Of a stretch of 64,000 nt of DNA, positions 37,533 to 48,835 are shown piece after piece (within the stretch, counting starts at the first letter, position 1; each line of letters begins with the position of its first letter). The stretch spans positions 24,933 to 88,932 of the forward strand of contig DEIN01000003.1 in assembly GCA_002352465.1 (NCBI GenBank). The letters run 5' to 3'. Both the position numbers and the translations under genes were made by a program. The notes beneath the pieces are model-generated. The model was not told the origin of the DNA, did not search any database, and saw only the letters and a list, made by a program, of their open reading frames with translations. Source of the stretch: Patescibacteria group bacterium UBA2773 (GTDB lineage: Bacteria > Patescibacteriota > Minisyncoccia > Moranbacterales > DUUL01).

Positions 37533-37699
37533 ATTTAATATTTAATATTTAATATTTAGTTGATTGCCTAATGACATTTTAACAAATAAACATAGTTATA
37601 ACAACAAAATAGAAACTATTCCGCCACAATTAACAATCAACATTCATTCAATAACCAATGCAACAACATTCGTTAATATTGATTATTGAAATATTAAAA

Positions 37700-37735
37700 G
37701 TTGAATAGATACCTGCCTGCCGGTAGGTAGGTAGG
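37700..37735. repeat. GC-rich hairpin ACCTGCCTGCC-GGTAGGTAGGT downstream of dnaJ (terminator-like; motif shared with 5' ends of repeats B and C and with 59750..59776)
   Basis: near-perfect inverted repeat with G-U pairs in an AT-rich spacer. Confidence 0.35.
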
Positions 37736-37826
37736 TTAAATATTGATTATTAAGTTTTTATTCACCTTATATTTATATTTTTTGTCTTCTTTACAATTTT
37801 TTTATTTTTTATTCACTTAAAAAATA

Positions 37827-38894
37827 TTAAATTCCTTCTTCTTTAAGTTTTTGAATCAAACTTTTTTGACTCCAAGAAAGCTTTTTAGGAGTTTTAATTT
37901 TAATTTCCACTAAATGATTCCCTTGTCCAAAACCACCAAATTTTTTAATACCCTTGCCTTTTATTCTCAAAAAATCCCCAGCTTCAATTCCAGCCGGAAT
38001 TTTCAATTTTACAAATCCCTCAACTGTTTCAACTTCCATTTTATCTCCCAAAACAGCTTGGGGGAAAGTTATATATAATTTCGAAACTACATCCGATCCT
38101 TTTCTTTTGAAATCAAGATAAGGTTTAATGTGAATCCTAACATAAAGGTCACCAGCCGAACCGCCCAAAACCGAAGCCTCTCCTCCACCCTGAATTTTTA
38201 GAACCTGTTCTTCATCAATTCCAGCTGGAATATTCACTTCCATTTCCTGATAATCCCTAACTACTCCATCGCCTCCACAATCTCGACATTTTTCCTTAGC
38301 AATTTGACCCTTTCCTAAACATTGGTCACAAACTTCAACTTGAGCAAAAGTTCCCAAAAAAGTCTGTCTAGATTTTTTAATTTTACCCGAACCTCCACAC
38401 TTTGGACATTGTTCGGTTTCCTTATTTTTAGCGCCCGTTCCATCACAACTTTTACAAATAATTTTTTTATAAATTTTAACTTTTTTCATCACGCCTTTCG
38501 CCATTTCTTTAAAATCGATATTAACATCGACTACCACATCTGAACCAGCGGTCTTTTTTTGAGCAGTTTGTCCACCACCAAAAAAATCAGAAAAAACATC
38601 TTCAAAGCCACTGTCTTGAAAATCAAAACCTTGGAACCCTCCAGCTCCTTGACCACCACCGCCAAAACCTTGAGCACCAGGTTGTTCATAGCCAGAACCA
38701 AACTGATCATATTGACCACGCTTTTTATTATCAGATAAAGTTTGATAAGCCTCATTAATTTCTTTAAATTTAGCTTCACTTCCTCCTTTTTTATCAGGAT
38801 GATGTTGATGAGCTAATTTTCGATAAGCTTTTTTAATCTCATTTTGCGACGCTTTTTTATCAACGCCTAAAACATTATAATAGTCTTTACTCAT
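37827..38894 (-). CDS. dnaJ: chaperone DnaJ
   Basis: J domain with HPD, G/F-rich region, four CxxCxGxG zinc repeats. Confidence 0.9.
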   Translation of the reverse strand: MSKDYYNVLGVDKKASQNEIKKAYRKLAHQHHPDKKGGSEAKFKEINEAYQTLSDNKKRGQYDQFGSGYEQPGAQGFGGGGQGAGGFQGFDFQDSGFEDVFSDFFGGGQTAQKKTAGSDVVVDVNIDFKEMAKGVMKKVKIYKKIICKSCDGTGAKNKETEQCPKCGGSGKIKKSRQTFLGTFAQVEVCDQCLGKGQIAKEKCRDCGGDGVVRDYQEMEVNIPAGIDEEQVLKIQGGGEASVLGGSAGDLYVRIHIKPYLDFKRKGSDVVSKLYITFPQAVLGDKMEVETVEGFVKLKIPAGIEAGDFLRIKGKGIKKFGGFGQGNHLVEIKIKTPKKLSWSQKSLIQKLKEEGI

Positions 38895-39101
38895 TTATAT
38901 ATTCTTTAATTTACAGTAAAACAAAGATATTTTACCTTATTTCAATTATTGTTTCAAGAGCATAAAAAGATTTGAGATATAAGATCTATAATTTAAAAAC
39001 GACTTAATTGCGTTGTTACGTAGCATACTACGAAACAAAAAACTTGTAATAGCAAGTCTTTCTGAATCTTAAATCTGCGCAAAAGCTCTAGCTTTAAAAT
39101 G

Positions 39102-39701
39102 CTAGGCTTTCCCCCTTAAAATTTCTCCTTCTTCTCTTTTTTCTTCTAAGATTGCTTTTTTCTGAAGTTGCATAATAATATTACGACTATTAGTTGGACC
39201 TGGAATTTGCTTAAAAACAAATCTTTGTTTATTCCCAGCAGTTTGAATATAAACGTCCCCATAGTTAAATAAAGTTGGAATTATTCCCTGAACTTCAGAT
39301 GTAACATCTTGAATTTTATTATGTTTTAATTCACTAATATGTCGACTAAACAAAGCAATCTGTTCAATATCAACAATTCGAGAATCCGTGACAATCCAAA
39401 CATCTAAATAAAAATTAATCCAAGTAATAAATAAAGCTAACCAAACAAATATGACTAAAAAAGATTCGATTAAATAAAATAAATTTAAATCAAAAGTCAA
39501 ACCAAAAAAATTGAAGATGACAGTTCCGACGGTATGAAATATCGCTAAACCAATAAAAAGCAATAAAAATGGAAGGAAACGAAAAACGAAAACCAACCAA
39601 TGACGCCTCAGAAGCAAAATCACATTTTCATCAGTCCTTTTCCCTTTGAAATCAATATTTTCATAACGATTTTGAAAATTAAATTGTTTTTTAAAACTCA
39701 T
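39102..39701 (-). CDS. bacterial PH domain (bPH_2, YdbS/YdbT-like) membrane protein
   Basis: two N-terminal TM helices then ...RIVDIE...GDVYIQTAGNKQRFVFKQI bPH pattern. Confidence 0.5.
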   Translation of the reverse strand: MSFKKQFNFQNRYENIDFKGKRTDENVILLLRRHWLVFVFRFLPFLLLFIGLAIFHTVGTVIFNFFGLTFDLNLFYLIESFLVIFVWLALFITWINFYLDVWIVTDSRIVDIEQIALFSRHISELKHNKIQDVTSEVQGIIPTLFNYGDVYIQTAGNKQRFVFKQIPGPTNSRNIIMQLQKKAILEEKREEGEILRGKA

Positions 39702-39710
39702 TATAAAAAA

Positions 39711-39929
39711 TTACAAAATTACAAAATTCAAACTATTCCAATCAATTTTTAGAAAAATAATCAAATTAAAAATAAATAATAAACCGCTTACACTTAAAAA
39801 TAAACAGATTGTTAAAATGGCTAAAGTCTTATTCAAATAATAAATCCAAATATGATAAATAATCATTCCAGAAACAACTAGAATCAGGACCGTCAAAATC
39901 CAATAAAGTATTAAAAAAATATTAACCAT
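39711..39929 (-). CDS. small hypothetical membrane protein (2 TM)
   Basis: 72 aa, hydrophobic; 10 bp upstream of the bPH gene. Confidence 0.35.
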   Translation of the reverse strand: MVNIFLILYWILTVLILVVSGMIIYHIWIYYLNKTLAILTICLFLSVSGLLFIFNLIIFLKIDWNSLNFVIL

Positions 39930-40014
39930 TGTTAAGTTTTAATTTATTTTTTGTTTATCCAATCTTTATTTTAATTTTAAACTAATCTTAGACTTAAATC
40001 AAATTTTTAAATTA

Positions 40015-41736
40015 CTATTTCTTTTTTAATTCTTTAGGCGTCACCCAAAAAGAGCCAAAATATTTTCCCAACATTATTCTGGTTTGAGCGTCCACTGCTG
40101 GAGCAGCTCCCAAAATTGGAGCAATAAACGGAGCAATAAACCATTGGAAAAACATCGCTAAATATTTTTTCTTGGAATATCTGGCAGGTTTAGCTGGCAT
40201 AATCAAAAAACTCAAAAACATCGAGGTTATCAAACCGACCAAAGCCAAAGTCATTAAATATCTAGTAATATAAGGCAAATTATGAGCTAAAACCGATTCG
40301 CTGAAAGCGTCTCCTCCAAAAATCAAAGGCAACCAACCTAGAAGAGCCAGAATAAAAGGTGAAGTCGCCCAACTATGATGACCTTCCAACATGGTCCAAA
40401 TATATTTTATTTTTTTAGTAAACGGAATTTTTTTATTATCCTTAAAAGCGCGGGCCAACATTGCTAAGTTTTCGATTCCATAAGCCCATCTTCGTTTTTG
40501 CCGATATTGATTAGCGATAGTTTGAGCATAGCTTTTACTTAAAACAGCATCCAACGAAACTGGTAAATAAATTGGTCGAACCTTATAGTCACCACAAAAA
40601 TAATCATAAGCTTTCCAAAATATCACTGAATCTTCTGAAATCACATTGACGGGCCAATAATCAACATCGACAATCGTTTTGAAAGCCTCACTGTGCGAAG
40701 AAAATGTCACCATATGTTCTGGTCGCATTGATTCCACCATATGCCAAAAAGAAGAACCCGTGACGATAATTCGCACTGGTGCAATCGTATCCCATAAATT
40801 ATTGTGATACATTGGCAGTGGTTGATAAGCTTGCTGAAGTCTATTAGGACTAACAATATATTCGTAGGTCAAAGCCGCTAAATATTGAGGATGAATTTGA
40901 GTATCACAATCAAAATTAGACAACACCACATTTTCCAACGGAATTTTTTTGTCTTCTAAATATTTTTTTAACTTCTTAGCGGCATAAGTAGTATTGGAAG
41001 CCTTACATTTCATCTCGCCCGCTTTAACTTTGTGTACCGTGATGATAAAATCATAAAAGGTTTCGCCAAATTTATCTTTCAAGATTTTAACTTTTTCGTC
41101 CCGAATTGCTTTATCTTCTCTTTCTTCTAAAGCCAATAAAATTATAATTTTATCATTCGGATAACAAGCTTTGTTGACAGCCTCAACCGCCGGCTCAATA
41201 ATTTCCGCTGTCTCTCCAACTGTCGGCAACATTATCACGTGATAAACATCCTTCCAGTTTAAAAATTCTTTTCTATTTTTATAGTCTCCTTTCAAACAAG
41301 CCAAAAACTCTATTCGTTCTTTTAATTTTAACTTAACCTGCTTGGCCTCTTTTCTATTAAAAAAAGTTTTTCCAAGAGTGACTTTAAGCTCTGCTATTTC
41401 TGATTTTAGCTCATTTTTAAGTTTATCTTTTTTATGAACATTTTGAACTCGATAAAGCCAATTGACTTTATTCCATCGTTTCATTTTCCGATAAGCCAAA
41501 ATCGAATAAGTGGCGATATAAACAGTTCGATGCAACCAATAAATATCATACAAAATAATAAACAAAGCAACCCAAATCGGCAGAAAAAAAGAAAAAACAA
41601 ACATTCCGATTAAAGTCGCCCAAGTTAAAAAACCAGGTAATATTTCAAAAAATCTTTGCCACCGTCGCTCTTTTGGATCCTTACTGCGAGGATTAGGATA
41701 AGACCAATTTTTTCTACCACCATTAATATTAACCAT
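40015..41736 (-). CDS. processive family-2 glycosyltransferase (cellulose/chitin/hyaluronan-synthase-like) integral membrane protein
   Basis: DCD (NFDCDTQI), ISEDSV (TED-like) and QKRRWAYG (QxxRW) motifs between N- and C-terminal TM bundles. Confidence 0.7.
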   Translation of the reverse strand: MVNINGGRKNWSYPNPRSKDPKERRWQRFFEILPGFLTWATLIGMFVFSFFLPIWVALFIILYDIYWLHRTVYIATYSILAYRKMKRWNKVNWLYRVQNVHKKDKLKNELKSEIAELKVTLGKTFFNRKEAKQVKLKLKERIEFLACLKGDYKNRKEFLNWKDVYHVIMLPTVGETAEIIEPAVEAVNKACYPNDKIIILLALEEREDKAIRDEKVKILKDKFGETFYDFIITVHKVKAGEMKCKASNTTYAAKKLKKYLEDKKIPLENVVLSNFDCDTQIHPQYLAALTYEYIVSPNRLQQAYQPLPMYHNNLWDTIAPVRIIVTGSSFWHMVESMRPEHMVTFSSHSEAFKTIVDVDYWPVNVISEDSVIFWKAYDYFCGDYKVRPIYLPVSLDAVLSKSYAQTIANQYRQKRRWAYGIENLAMLARAFKDNKKIPFTKKIKYIWTMLEGHHSWATSPFILALLGWLPLIFGGDAFSESVLAHNLPYITRYLMTLALVGLITSMFLSFLIMPAKPARYSKKKYLAMFFQWFIAPFIAPILGAAPAVDAQTRIMLGKYFGSFWVTPKELKKK

Positions 41737-41818
41737 AAAATTATTGAATTTTAAATTTAAACTCTTGATTTTCTCTAAATTTTTTCGATCACCTGCTATA
41801 ATTTAACAGACAATTACT

Positions 41819-42259
41819 CTACCTATTTACGAGAACAATTGCAATAGCATAGACGAATATAACGATTTGTAAAATTAATCCAGTAAAAAAAATAAAATAC
41901 CCACCTAGGATTGAAATATTAATTTTATTTAAATTATTTTTTTCAAAATTATTAATTATTGAATTTTTCTTTCCTGAAAAAATTAAAAATCCTCCCAAAA
42001 TAAAATTGACCAGCATTATTAAAAGTCCACTAACTGGAACAAAAAAAATTTCTAAAAATTTTCTATGTTCAGAATTAACAGCAATTCTATCAATTCCAAA
42101 AAAAGAATTGTAATGCAAAATTAAAGCAGTTTTATCAAAATCGAGCCCTAACCAAAAAATTACCCAAGCCGTTAAATTCGATAATAATCCAATAAAAAAA
42201 ATTGTAATTAAAAGTTTATTTTGGAAAAAAAATTGAAAATGTTTTTTACCTTTTTTCAT
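41819..42259 (-). CDS. hypothetical membrane protein
   Basis: 146 aa, 4 TM. Confidence 0.45.
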   Translation of the reverse strand: MKKGKKHFQFFFQNKLLITIFFIGLLSNLTAWVIFWLGLDFDKTALILHYNSFFGIDRIAVNSEHRKFLEIFFVPVSGLLIMLVNFILGGFLIFSGKKNSIINNFEKNNLNKINISILGGYFIFFTGLILQIVIFVYAIAIVLVNR

Positions 42260-42301
42260 AAAATTTTACAAAATAAAATTGTGATTGAAAACAATCTCTT
42301 A

Positions 42302-42919
42302 TTATCTTCTTCGATTTCTTTTTATTTCTTTTATAATCCCTTCCACTTCATTAACGATAATTTCATGAGGCTGTTCCAAAATTTCCAAAACAAACTTATC
42401 AAACATTTTAATTCGATAACGAAATTCTTCTAAATTCATCAAAGAGTAATTTATTTCTTGACCCATTTCAGCTTCTAGCTCTTCAATTAAATGCTTCAAT
42501 TTTGCCCGGGAAAGACCATCCACCACTAACAATAAATCGGTTTTAGATTTTTTATTATTAATAAATATTCCCGACACTAATCCAAGTTTGACATCGCCCA
42601 AACTTTTAACTCGATTAAGCTGTTCGCATTGCGGATAGATATTTGATTTAACTACTAGCCATTTCAATTCGTCATGAAAAGAATATTTACTATTCACAAA
42701 AAAAGCTTTGTGCTTTTTGATAGTCCTAGAATAAAGAAATTTGGCATTGACTAATTGATCTAAAACCTTCCTAGCTTCATCTTTATTGGTTTTTGTTTCA
42801 AATTTATTTCGTTCTAAAATTTCATTGGTATTCAAAGAAATTTTTTTATTCAACATAAAAAATTTAATCAATCGCCATCTTATTCTAGACCCAAACAAAA
42901 ATTCTAATTCATTTTTCAT
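42302..42919 (-). CDS. hypothetical protein: N-terminal wHTH-like region plus C-terminal minimal nucleotidyltransferase-like fold
   Basis: GDVKLGLVSGIFINNKKSKTDLLLVVDG resembles the GS...D.D MNT motif. Confidence 0.3.
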   Translation of the reverse strand: MKNELEFLFGSRIRWRLIKFFMLNKKISLNTNEILERNKFETKTNKDEARKVLDQLVNAKFLYSRTIKKHKAFFVNSKYSFHDELKWLVVKSNIYPQCEQLNRVKSLGDVKLGLVSGIFINNKKSKTDLLLVVDGLSRAKLKHLIEELEAEMGQEINYSLMNLEEFRYRIKMFDKFVLEILEQPHEIIVNEVEGIIKEIKRNRRR

Positions 42920-43004
42920 ATTTCTAAAGATTTAATACTCTCTTTGATTAGCCAAATTCAATTAAAACTTTTTTTACTAAAAACCTATTTTTAGTATAGT
43001 TCGA

Positions 43005-43090
43005 GACAAATTTTCAATTACGTCTGAAATGTGCTGAAATGGCACATTGAAAAGCAACTGAAAATTTAACGAAAAAATACACAAAAAAAT
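43005..43090 (+). repeat. degenerate copy F of the structured intergenic repeat family
   Basis: GTTCGAGACAAATTT...GAAATGTGC-TGAAATG-GCACATT hairpin...CTGAAAATTTAACGAAAAAATACACAAAAA. Confidence 0.35.
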
Positions 43091-43096
43091 GACTTT

Positions 43097-43468
43097 TTAA
43101 ATGTGTAAATATTTTATATGTCTTATCGAGACCTTCCTGGTTTTCAAATTAAAAATTACTCCAACAAAATCAACTCGCCACTCCGCTGATATTAAGTTTC
43201 TTTCAATTAAAAAATACTGAGATATTTTAAATATTTTTTTCAATTTTGAATGGCTAACACTTTCTTCTGGCACCACCGCTTGACCATAGCTAATTCTAGT
43301 TTTCACTTCCACAAAAACAATGGGACCTCTTGGATCTTCAACAATCAAATCGATTTCGCCCAATCGATAGCCTTTTCGATTATAATAATTTTTTTCAATA
43401 ATCTTATAACCGTTAGCAACTAAATAATTTCCCGCCAAAACTTCTCCTTTAAATCCAAGTTTTTGCAA
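43097..43468 (-). CDS. yraN: YraN family (UPF0102) PD-(D/E)xK-like endonuclease
   Basis: GEIDLIV...VFVEVKTR motif. Confidence 0.7.
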   Translation of the reverse strand: MQKLGFKGEVLAGNYLVANGYKIIEKNYYNRKGYRLGEIDLIVEDPRGPIVFVEVKTRISYGQAVVPEESVSHSKLKKIFKISQYFLIERNLISAEWRVDFVGVIFNLKTRKVSIRHIKYLHI

Positions 43469-43560
43469 ATTAAAATCTTAAAATTAAATTTATGATCGAA
43501 ACAGTTCCCTTTCACTAATCTTACTATATAAACAACTCTCAATCAAGACTAGAAGTTCAA

Positions 43561-44982
43561 TTATTTTGAACTATTTTCAAAAGCCAAAGCCGTATTTAGA
43601 ATTGATTGTTCTTGCCACCAAGGACCGATTAATTGCATTCCAATCGGTAATTTTTTACCATCAATCGAAGCAAAACCCGCACTAATAGAAATTGCTGGTA
43701 ACATTGCCACGTTAACTGGCACAGTAGAAATATCCACCAAATATAGCTCCAATGGATTAGCACATTTTTCCCCGATCTTAAACGCCGGACCCATCATTGT
43801 TGGCGTTAAAATCAAATCTACTTCTTCAAAAACTTTTTTGAAACCACCCTTAATTAAATCTCGAACTTGCTGTGCCTTTTTATAATAAGCATCCTTGTAG
43901 CCAGCAGACAAGGCATAGGTTCCCAAAATAATTCTTCGCTTAACCTCATCCCCTAATCCTTTTTCTCTAGATTTTAAATAAGTATCTAGAATATTATCAG
44001 CTTTAATTTGAACACCATATCTCATTCCATCAAACCGAGCTAAATTTGAACTAATTTCAGAACAAATCATCAAATAATAAACCGCTAAAGAATATTTAAT
44101 TCCTGGAATTTCAACGTCAACGACTTCGGCTCCATTTTTCTTGGCCCACTTAATTTTATTTTCAATAATTCTTTTAACCTCCGGATTAACATCTTCACCT
44201 AAAAATTCTTTTAAGATTCCAATTTTAACGCCTTCTATTTCTGGTTTTAAATTATTCAAAAAATTAATCTCTTTAACTATAGTCGTATTGTCTCGAGAAT
44301 CTTTCCCACAAATTTCATCCAGCACAATCGCCGCATCTTCAACACTTTTAGTAAAAGGACCAATCTGATCATAACTCGAAGCCATCGCAATTATTCCACT
44401 TCTGGAAACTCGACCATAAGTAGGCTTCATCCCAACGGTCCCGCAAAAACTAGCCGGACATCTAATTGAACCACCGGTGTCTGATCCCAATGACCAGACT
44501 GCTTGCTCGTCCGATACAGCCGCCGCTGAACCACCAGACGAACCACCCGCTACTCGTTCCAAATCAATCGGATTTTTAACCACTCCATAGGCTGAATTTT
44601 CAGTTGAAGTTCCCATCGCAAATTCATCCATATTAGTTTTCCCCAATAAAACTGCTCCAGCTTTCTTCAGCTTTCCAATTACAAAATTATCATAAGGCGC
44701 TTTATAATTTTCTAAAATTTTTGAACCAGCCGTCGTTACACCATCAGTCACACAAAAATTATCCTTAACTGCATAAGGTATCCCTTCTAACATTCCAATA
44801 TCCTTACCTTTTGCAATTTTTTGATCAACTTTTCGAGCATTTTCCAAAGCCCCTTTCTCATCCACGCTCAAAAAAGCATTAATTTCTGAATTACGCTCTT
44901 TAATCCGTTTCAAATATTGCTTAGTCAATTCAACTGAGCTAATTTTTTTCTCAACTAATTTTTGATGTAATTCTTTTATCAT
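43561..44982 (-). CDS. gatA: Asp/Glu-tRNA amidotransferase subunit A
   Basis: amidase signature GGSSGGSAAAVS, 473 aa. Confidence 0.9.
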   Translation of the reverse strand: MIKELHQKLVEKKISSVELTKQYLKRIKERNSEINAFLSVDEKGALENARKVDQKIAKGKDIGMLEGIPYAVKDNFCVTDGVTTAGSKILENYKAPYDNFVIGKLKKAGAVLLGKTNMDEFAMGTSTENSAYGVVKNPIDLERVAGGSSGGSAAAVSDEQAVWSLGSDTGGSIRCPASFCGTVGMKPTYGRVSRSGIIAMASSYDQIGPFTKSVEDAAIVLDEICGKDSRDNTTIVKEINFLNNLKPEIEGVKIGILKEFLGEDVNPEVKRIIENKIKWAKKNGAEVVDVEIPGIKYSLAVYYLMICSEISSNLARFDGMRYGVQIKADNILDTYLKSREKGLGDEVKRRIILGTYALSAGYKDAYYKKAQQVRDLIKGGFKKVFEEVDLILTPTMMGPAFKIGEKCANPLELYLVDISTVPVNVAMLPAISISAGFASIDGKKLPIGMQLIGPWWQEQSILNTALAFENSSK

Positions 44983-45098
44983 AAAATTTCTTCCTCTACC
45001 TCCCTCTTTTTTAAAGGGGGATTAAGAGGGTTTTTATTTTTTTAAAACGCAAGATTATATTAAACGAATCTCTATGTTACCGCAATTTCCAAATTTCA

Positions 45099-45410
45099 TT
45101 ACGAGTTAGAATTTTTCAGCACACTCTTAACTTTCAAATAACCATTTTCACTATCAGGAAAATTTTCTTTAATTCCTTCCACTAATCCTTCTTTTTTTTC
45201 TAGAACCTCATCGGTTCTCAATTGATTTCGATTCAATTTATAATGATCAAACTTTTCCACATTTTCAGATTTAGCTTCTTTAATATCCGCAAAAAAATCC
45301 AAAATGTTGTCCAAATCTTTAGTGAATTTTTCTTCTTCTTTTTTGGTTAATTTAATTCGAGCTAAATCAGCTGTTTTTCGAACCTCTTCAACTGTTATTT
45401 TTTTAGACAT
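45099..45410 (-). CDS. gatC: Asp/Glu-tRNA amidotransferase subunit C
   Basis: 103 aa, position upstream of gatA, VRKTADLARIKLTKKEEEKF. Confidence 0.8.
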   Translation of the reverse strand: MSKKITVEEVRKTADLARIKLTKKEEEKFTKDLDNILDFFADIKEAKSENVEKFDHYKLNRNQLRTDEVLEKKEGLVEGIKENFPDSENGYLKVKSVLKNSNS

Positions 45411-45557
45411 GCTTTAGACAAACAACTAACTCTCAATATTCAATATTCAATATTCGATTAGATTTATAGCTATTGAATATTGGACAATCAAATGTTGAAT
45501 GAATGTTGAATATTAATTATTTAATATTTAAAAATAGACTTACTCTCAAGATTATTA

Positions 45558-47696
<2,139 letters not shown>

Positions 47697-47767
47697 TCAT
47701 TATACAAAAATTAACGCTAAAACACCAATATAATGTGAATATTGTTTAAAAATACTCCAAATTCACG

Positions 47768-48388
47768 CTATTTTGTCACTCCTGTGAAGGCAGAAATCCA
47801 GTTTCCTATTATTTCCTCAAGTTTATCAAAACCAACATACAAAAAGCTTTTAATTCCTGAACTTTTTGCTCCATTAATATTTCTTTGATCATCATCAAAA
47901 AACAACACTTCTTCTCCATTAATTTCCAAGCTATCTAAAACTTTTTGAAAAAATTCTTTTTCTGGTTTTTTACATTCCAACTCAGCTGAGGAAAAAACAC
48001 CATCAAAAATATTTTCAAAATCCATTGTTTCTCTCATATATTTAGTTCGATACTTTTCTTGGTTCGTCGCTAAATAACATTTAATTCCCTCGCTTCTTAA
48101 TTGTTTTATTTTCTCAATCAATTCTTAATTAAGACAATGTTCTGCTTTGAACCAAAATTGCAAAAATTCTTCCGCTGTTTTATCCCATTTCCATTCTTTC
48201 AAAAAAGGTTTCACCGCCACCAATAAATCAGTTTTTCCAACTACACAATCTTGAAATGTTCCCTTAAAAAAAGAAAGCATTGCGTCATCAGCCAAACCAA
48301 ACTCTCTTTGATATTTCAAAGAAAATTGTCCCGCCTGAACCACTACTCCATCTACATCAAATAATATCACCTTAATTCTTTTTATCAT
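47768..48388 (-). pseudogene. HAD-superfamily hydrolase interrupted by an in-frame TAA (ORFs 48125..48388 and 47768..48121)
   Basis: N-part FDVDGVV (DxDG), C-part FFDDDQRNI; same frame, separated by TAA plus one codon. Confidence 0.6.
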
Positions 48389-48470
48389 TTTTTATTGCTA
48401 CCATGCACTGTAATATAGTAGTAAATTAATTTTTATCGTTTTTTCTTTAGCGAGTTAAATATATAAAAAT

Positions 48471-48635
48471 TTAACCACGCCAATCACTGATCTCAACCTT
48501 GCCCCTTCCCTTATCAACTATTCTCAATTTCATTTTTTCTCTCCATCCATATTTTTTCATAATCTCCTTAGGAATAACAACATTATAACTCCATTTACTG
48601 GCTTTTCCAATTTTTCTTATATACTTATCTTGCAT
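48471..48635 (-). CDS. small AbrB/MazE/SpoVT-like (swapped-hairpin) DNA-binding protein, 54 aa
   Basis: hand translation MQDKYIRKIGKASKWSYNVVIPKEIMKKYGWREKMKLRIVDKGRGKVEISDWRG; below the ORF-track size cutoff. Confidence 0.35.
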   Translation of the reverse strand: MQDKYIRKIGKASKWSYNVVIPKEIMKKYGWREKMKLRIVDKGRGKVEISDWRG

Positions 48636-48835
48636 CTTATTTTTATTTTAATTTTTACTCATACCTACGTTCGTAGATATGCTCATAGGTACTCTTATTT
48701 AAACATTCTAAAATCAAATTTAAAAAATCTCATTAAATTATCTTAATTCTAACATCACCACTTCAATTTTCAAGCTTATTCTTCTGATTAAAAAGCCAGT
48801 TCACATCATCATTTTCCGATCATCTACTCCTCTAA

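Noticed and set aside
37541-37568. tandem (ATATTTA)x4 repeat, and AATATTCAATATTC tandems at 45441..45470, as possible CRISPR-like arrays
   Set aside because: 7-bp and 8-bp units without spacers; simple AT-rich tandem repeats in promoter regions, not CRISPR
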